From: Alphaproteobacteria bacterium
Lineage (GTDB): Bacteria > Pseudomonadota > Alphaproteobacteria > Rs-D84
Reading direction: 5' to 3'
Length of the DNA stretch: 64,000 nt
NCBI GenBank assembly: GCA_031555055.1
Contig: JAVBUT010000006.1
Span: forward strand, 3,886-67,885
Shown here: piece by piece, positions 60,036 through 64,000 of the stretch
How positions within the stretch are numbered: the stretch's first letter is position 1
Layout: every line of letters starts with the position of its first letter
Program-made: the position numbers and the translations under genes
The notes under the pieces: generated by a model
What the model was told of the DNA's origin: nothing
Databases searched by the model: none
The model's input: only the letters and a program-made list of their open reading frames with translations

Positions 60036-60758
60036 ATGAAAATTATTGCTGGGAATTGGAAAATGAACGGAACTGTTGGGGCCTTGCGGGATATGTATGC
60101 GGGCATGTCGGAAATTCAGACAAATAATAATGTTATTATATGCGTACCTTTTACATTGCTGAACATCCAAGGATCCAACGGTATTGAAAAGCCGACTAAT
60201 TTATCTATTGGCGCCCAAGACGTCAGCGCACACAACAATGGCGCATTTACCGGTGAAATTTCTGCACAAATGATCGCAAACACGCATGCGAAATACGTGG
60301 TCGTCGGTCATTCCGAACGCCGCCAATATCACAGCGAAACAAACGATATCGTCCGCGAAAAAGCGACCCGCGCACTAGAAAACGGCCTGACCCCGATTAT
60401 CTGCATCGGCGAATTAATGGAAGAAAAACAGGCCGGCAAGACATTTGATGTCATCGAATGCCAATTACGTAATTCTGTCCCGGCGAACCAATCCGGAATA
60501 ATCATCGCGTACGAGCCGCGCTGGGCCATCGGCGCAGGATTAACCCCGACGGAAAAAGAAATCGCAGACGCGCACGCGCTGATCGCGAAAACACTGGAAT
60601 CTATGGGCTTGGCGAATACCCCGATATTGTACGGTGCATCGGTCAAAGGATCAAACGCGGCGGAAATAATGTCGATTCCGAACGTCGACGGGGTGCTGGT
60701 TGGCGGCGCGTCCTTGAAACCGGACGATTTTATACCTATAATAGAAAGCGTAAAATAA
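60036..60758 (+). CDS. tpiA: triosephosphate isomerase
   Basis: IAGNWKMNG, VVGHSERR, IAYEPRWAIGAG, GGASLK. Confidence 0.95.
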   Translation: MKIIAGNWKMNGTVGALRDMYAGMSEIQTNNNVIICVPFTLLNIQGSNGIEKPTNLSIGAQDVSAHNNGAFTGEISAQMIANTHAKYVVVGHSERRQYHSETNDIVREKATRALENGLTPIICIGELMEEKQAGKTFDVIECQLRNSVPANQSGIIIAYEPRWAIGAGLTPTEKEIADAHALIAKTLESMGLANTPILYGASVKGSNAAEIMSIPNVDGVLVGGASLKPDDFIPIIESVK

Positions 60759-60875
60759 AGATATGCTATAAATATCAGCTTGTCCCCCTTGTTAAAGGGG
60801 GATAGAAATTGTTACGAGCATCGCGAGTTACAATTTCTTGGGGGATTATTGTTTAATGATAAAGTGAGTTTTATT

Positions 60876-61430
60876 ATGGAAAAAGACAAAACAAAAGAAA
60901 CCGATATTGAACAAGTAACTCTGGACACAGCAGACCAATCACCAGCGTCCCAGCCCGTTCGCAATGGGGGTGATGAAAACGTATCAATCGAAAGGTTGAA
61001 TTTTCAAATCGCGGACCTGAATGACAAGTATTTACGCATGGCCGCAGAATTGGAAAACACACGCCGCCGCGCCGCGATTGACGCGGATAATACCGCCCGC
61101 GCCCGTGCGATGTCGATTGCCGGAAACTTCCTGCCGCTGATGGATGCGATTGACGCGGCGCTGAAACTGGCGCCGGATGACGCGGGAATCAACGCGATGG
61201 CGCGCGCAATGGAATCCGCAATGGCCAAGACCGGAATTGTCAAAATCGAAACCGTTGGTCATCAGTTAAATCCACAATTTCATAATGCCGTCCAGGTTGT
61301 CGAACAACCCAAATCGGACGAACCCTGTGCAATCAAGCCAATTCCAAACACCATCGTCGGTGAATTACAGGCCGGCTATATGTTCGGCGACGTGGTCCTG
61401 CGCCCGGCAATGGTTGTCGTTGGAAAATAA
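60876..61430 (+). CDS. grpE: nucleotide exchange factor GrpE
   Basis: Start MEKDKTKE at 60876. YLRMAAELENTRRR. C-terminal beta domain VVEQ...GYMFGDVVLRPAMVVV. Confidence 0.9.
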   Translation: MEKDKTKETDIEQVTLDTADQSPASQPVRNGGDENVSIERLNFQIADLNDKYLRMAAELENTRRRAAIDADNTARARAMSIAGNFLPLMDAIDAALKLAPDDAGINAMARAMESAMAKTGIVKIETVGHQLNPQFHNAVQVVEQPKSDEPCAIKPIPNTIVGELQAGYMFGDVVLRPAMVVVGK

Positions 61431-61438
61431 AAAAGTAT

Positions 61439-61746
61439 GGGCGAATTCTTGCGCCCTTTGTTTCATGAATCGTAAATCGTAGGGGCGCGTGGAAACGCGC
61501 CCTTTGTTTCATGAATCGAAAATCGTAGGGGCGTGTGGAAACGCGCCCTTTGTTTCATGAATCGAAAATCGTAGGGGCGTGTGGAAACGCACCCAGGACA
61601 CATCCACCTTTGTTAAAACTTCGGTGGGCGCGTTTCCACGCGCCCCTACACTCTGTCGCGTCTCACCCCGCTTGCGGGGGGAGTGGTCGCAAAGCGACCG
61701 AGGGGGGTGATATACGATTTGCACCCCTATGATTTACGACTTACGA
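61439..61746. repeat. REP array: three tandem 46-bp units, an inverted REP and a GC-rich double-hairpin element
   Basis: CCCTTTGTTTCATGAATCG[TA]AAATCGTAGGGGCG[CT]GTGGAAACGCG repeats at 61454, 61500 and 61546. Inverted GGGCGCGTTTCCACGCGCCCCTAC at about 61626-61649. Double-hairpin element at 61651-61713. Confidence 0.85.
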
Positions 61747-61825
61747 TAAAATGACGCGAAAACCGCACACCTATGCCCACCCCCATCCGTCCCCAAAAAA
61801 AATTTCAATTTTGTGCGTTTTATAA

Positions 61826-61853
61826 TTGACAAATAATATTTTTGTATTATAAT
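61826..61853 (+). promoter_or_regulatory. near-consensus promoter (TTGACA-N16-TATAAT) of 61880-62284
   Basis: TATAATTGACAAATAATATTTTTGTATTATAAT read directly. Confidence 0.55.
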
Positions 61854-61879
61854 ATCGCTATATAACAAAAAGAAAAAAC

Positions 61880-62284
61880 ATGGAACAAAATATAATTGTA
61901 AAATATGCCGCGGAAATCGCCGGCTATGTCGACGAACGATCTGTCTTGATAAAAAACGGTTTTGACGGATTGGAAACATACTTTTTATATTCAGATTTGA
62001 ACAGAATGTTTTCCGCAGAAAGCTCGATGGTTTTGTTTGTCGCACGCAAAATAACCGATAATCAAAAGCCAATTTTTTTCGGAAAATATCTGATCGATTT
62101 CAGCAGACCGGACAAGAAATATGCAGATATACCGCCATACGTTGCGGAACATTTTTGGAACCAAGCCAAACAATCTGTTGATGATTCAAAGGCATCGGAC
62201 AACGCGCAAAATTTTTTCCAATCCAAAATGCGCAGCGATAACATGTGCGCCACCAATACTTATTTCACCCGATCAAGCCGATAA
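61880..62284 (+). CDS. hypothetical 134-aa protein (AT-rich orphan)
   Basis: Intact ORF behind a consensus promoter, followed by a bidirectional terminator. No recognisable motif. Confidence 0.45.
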   Translation: MEQNIIVKYAAEIAGYVDERSVLIKNGFDGLETYFLYSDLNRMFSAESSMVLFVARKITDNQKPIFFGKYLIDFSRPDKKYADIPPYVAEHFWNQAKQSVDDSKASDNAQNFFQSKMRSDNMCATNTYFTRSSR

Positions 62285-62309
62285 AAAATCCGCCACTGGC
62301 GGATTTTTT
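62283..62309. terminator. bidirectional terminator between 61880-62284 and the autotransporter-like gene
   Basis: AAAAAATCCGCCACTGGCGGATTTTTT. Confidence 0.7.
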
Positions 62310-64000
62310 ATATCCCCAAACGATGCGACAGCTTGAACATAAATATCGATTCGTCGCCGAACGCATTCGTATTATTTGGATTTACGCGATATATGAATCC
62401 AACCGCACCATCCGTCCATGGTCCGAATTTATGACGGTATGCACCACTGAAACGAAGCTCGCGATTATTCGGCGCCAATGCCAAATCCGCAACATGGGCG
62501 TCCGCAATATTTAAATCAAATTTACCGTCAATATCTTCGACAATTTCATAATCCGCATGCGCGTACTGCATGCGACCCGATGTCACAGCCAGCGGCTGGG
62601 CAACTGCAAAAGACCAATTTCCAAATTCGACAGCCGCACTGAATGCGTTTGATTCAACGTCTGTCATCCCCAGTATTACATCCCCGGTTGCGTCCGCCGC
62701 CGTGCGTGCGAACGTTGCACGCAAAGACACCGCGACATCGGCAATCGGGCGGAATTTCGCAACAGTGTCAACATACGTGGTGTCCGCCGGCCCCATACCC
62801 AACAGGCCCCCTGTCTGTGCCCCCAGTATCGTGCCACTTTCCGTTGCGGTTCCGATCGACGCGGTCAGTCCAATTTTTTCACCACCCCATGTCGCGCCAC
62901 CTTCGGCACCACTAATCCGCCCCAATGTCATCGGCGTGTACTGGCTGGTTATCGTGGGATCATTCTCCAGCAGTGATTCATCCGTGACCGTGCCGGAAAA
63001 CGCACGCGCGCCAAAGGACCATTTACCGAAATTATGTTTCACATCCGCAGACACCGCATTCGACGCCAATCCCAATATAGGATTTACCGTTGCGTCAAAA
63101 CGATTCGCGCCGTCGGTAAAGTGACGCTGGTATCCCGCCCGCACGTCTGTGTCGCCGACACTGTATCCGAATCGCATGTTGTCCAGTCCGCCAAGATTAT
63201 CAGCATACGGTTTTTCACTGAACGACATTTCCAACGACATGTTTCCAAATTCTGATTTTTGGTTTCTGGCTTCTGATTTTCTGACATTAAATTCGCCCAG
63301 CACGTCACCCATGTACAGTCCGCGCGCGTCGGACGCCGCAGCCGCAAATTCGTTTTTCCAAACGCGTGGCAAAGTCAAACTGCCGTCGGCGCTGGTCAGC
63401 ACATCAAAGAACGGCGCACTGATCGATGCGACCTGGGGGCTGAACACGCCGGACGAACGCCATATGGTGTTCGACGCCTTGCGCCAGTATGCGTTGCCGT
63501 TACCGGATACGATGTCATTGCCGTTGTAATAGTAAATCTTGCTGCCGGGCTTGGTCGCGTTTTCCAAATTGATCATTCCGTATCCAAATACTTCTGCGAA
63601 AACATCCAGATAGTTTTCACCGTCAGTCACGCGATCCTGGTATTCCGTCGGCAACGAATATCTGTCTTTTAGAAACTGGATCAGACTTTCCTGGCGCGCG
63701 GCGGCGGTTGATCCCGCCCAAGCGTTCCCTGTACGCGGATCAGTCCCCAACATATAGCCGTCCGAAGTCAGCGCCATCAGCGCAAATGTCTGGGCGTTTG
63801 TCATATTGAACGCACCTTTTAGCGCGGCAAACGCACCGGCCGCCGCTGCTGTGGCTTCGGCGCCACTATTCCCGGCCGCCGCAAAGCACCATGGATCAAT
63901 CCCGGCCGCGCCGCGTCCCGCAGTCCGTCCGCATGCGCGCGACGCATACACAACATCGTCCGCCGTGCTGGGCGTGCCCTGGTCGTCAACATGATACCCC
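62308..64000 (-). CDS. autotransporter-like protein related to the S8 peptidase at 15894-17759; 5' end beyond the right edge
   Basis: The frame stays open upstream of the track start to base 64000 (GYHVDDQGTPSTADDVV...). AAAGNSG aligns with SAGNDG. SGAEATAAAAGAFAALKGAFNMTNAQ aligns with SGTSFAAPMVAGAVAVISEAFPYMTANE. Beta-rich C-terminal half. Confidence 0.7.
   Translation of the reverse strand, partial: GYHVDDQGTPSTADDVVYASRACGRTAGRGAAGIDPWCFAAAGNSGAEATAAAAGAFAALKGAFNMTNAQTFALMALTSDGYMLGTDPRTGNAWAGSTAAARQESLIQFLKDRYSLPTEYQDRVTDGENYLDVFAEVFGYGMINLENATKPGSKIYYYNGNDIVSGNGNAYWRKASNTIWRSSGVFSPQVASISAPFFDVLTSADGSLTLPRVWKNEFAAAASDARGLYMGDVLGEFNVRKSEARNQKSEFGNMSLEMSFSEKPYADNLGGLDNMRFGYSVGDTDVRAGYQRHFTDGANRFDATVNPILGLASNAVSADVKHNFGKWSFGARAFSGTVTDESLLENDPTITSQYTPMTLGRISGAEGGATWGGEKIGLTASIGTATESGTILGAQTGGLLGMGPADTTYVDTVAKFRPIADVAVSLRATFARTAADATGDVILGMTDVESNAFSAAVEFGNWSFAVAQPLAVTSGRMQYAHADYEIVEDIDGKFDLNIADAHVADLALAPNNRELRFSGAYRHKFGPWTDGAVGFIYRVNPNNTNAFGDESIFMFKLSHRLGI

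Noticed and set aside
60781-60875. CCCCCTTGTTAAAGGGGG hairpin and CTTG...-containing sequence upstream of grpE as a sigma-32 promoter or CIRCE.
   Set aside because: Spacing and boxes do not fit either consensus convincingly. It may simply be the tpiA terminator hairpin.
61454-61591. Regularly spaced 46-bp repeats that superficially resemble a CRISPR array; ORFs 61509-61724 and 61535-61732.
   Set aside because: The units are contiguous, with no unique spacers, and consist of REP plus linker. No cas genes are present. The ORFs are read-through of repeats.

Overview
This 64-kb window reads like a compact chromosomal segment from an uncultured, probably anaerobic or host-associated, Alphaproteobacteria-like organism. 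That placement is inference from a CcrM-type methyltransferase, the ppiD-tpiA, rpsB-tsf, clpP-clpX and rpsF-rpsR-rplI blocks, and a PFOR/NifJ gene. No database search was possible.

I support about 57 protein genes. The housekeeping backbone is nifJ (partial), ctpA, an envC-like gene, tyrS, tsf, rpsB, pth, polA, recO, rplI/rpsR/rpsF, infA, clpX/clpP, pgk, rnhB, slt, nrdR, ccrM, ppiD, tpiA and grpE. Many small accessory insertions interrupt it.

Main non-housekeeping content:
1. An unrecognised family of giant cysteine-rich secreted proteins. Four paralogs share a CxxxYxxCMDxFC...CxCS signature. There are five smaller Cys-rich secreted proteins and a DsbA.
2. A four-gene operon of OM beta-barrel, collagen-like protein and two CWCRAKRK proteins.
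3. Two orphan paralogous radical-SAM genes, a divergent ClpP paralog and other visibly AT-rich orphan genes, most with near-consensus TTGACAAAT...TATAAT promoters.
4. One RAYT transposase and a dense population of GTAG-type REP hairpins, organised in composite elements bracketed by inverted heptamer arrays.
5. In-frame repeat or module insertions inside genes: a REP doublet in the RAYT gene, a DUF559 module in recO, and heptamers in nifJ and in a signal peptide.
6. A tRNA-Leu gene split by an insert that carries a second, intact tRNA-Leu.
7. Two copies of a covarying structured leader RNA with an intrinsic terminator, each upstream of a paralogous mini-XRE gene.

All functional calls come from reading motifs in the translations. 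RNA ends and promoter boxes are approximate.
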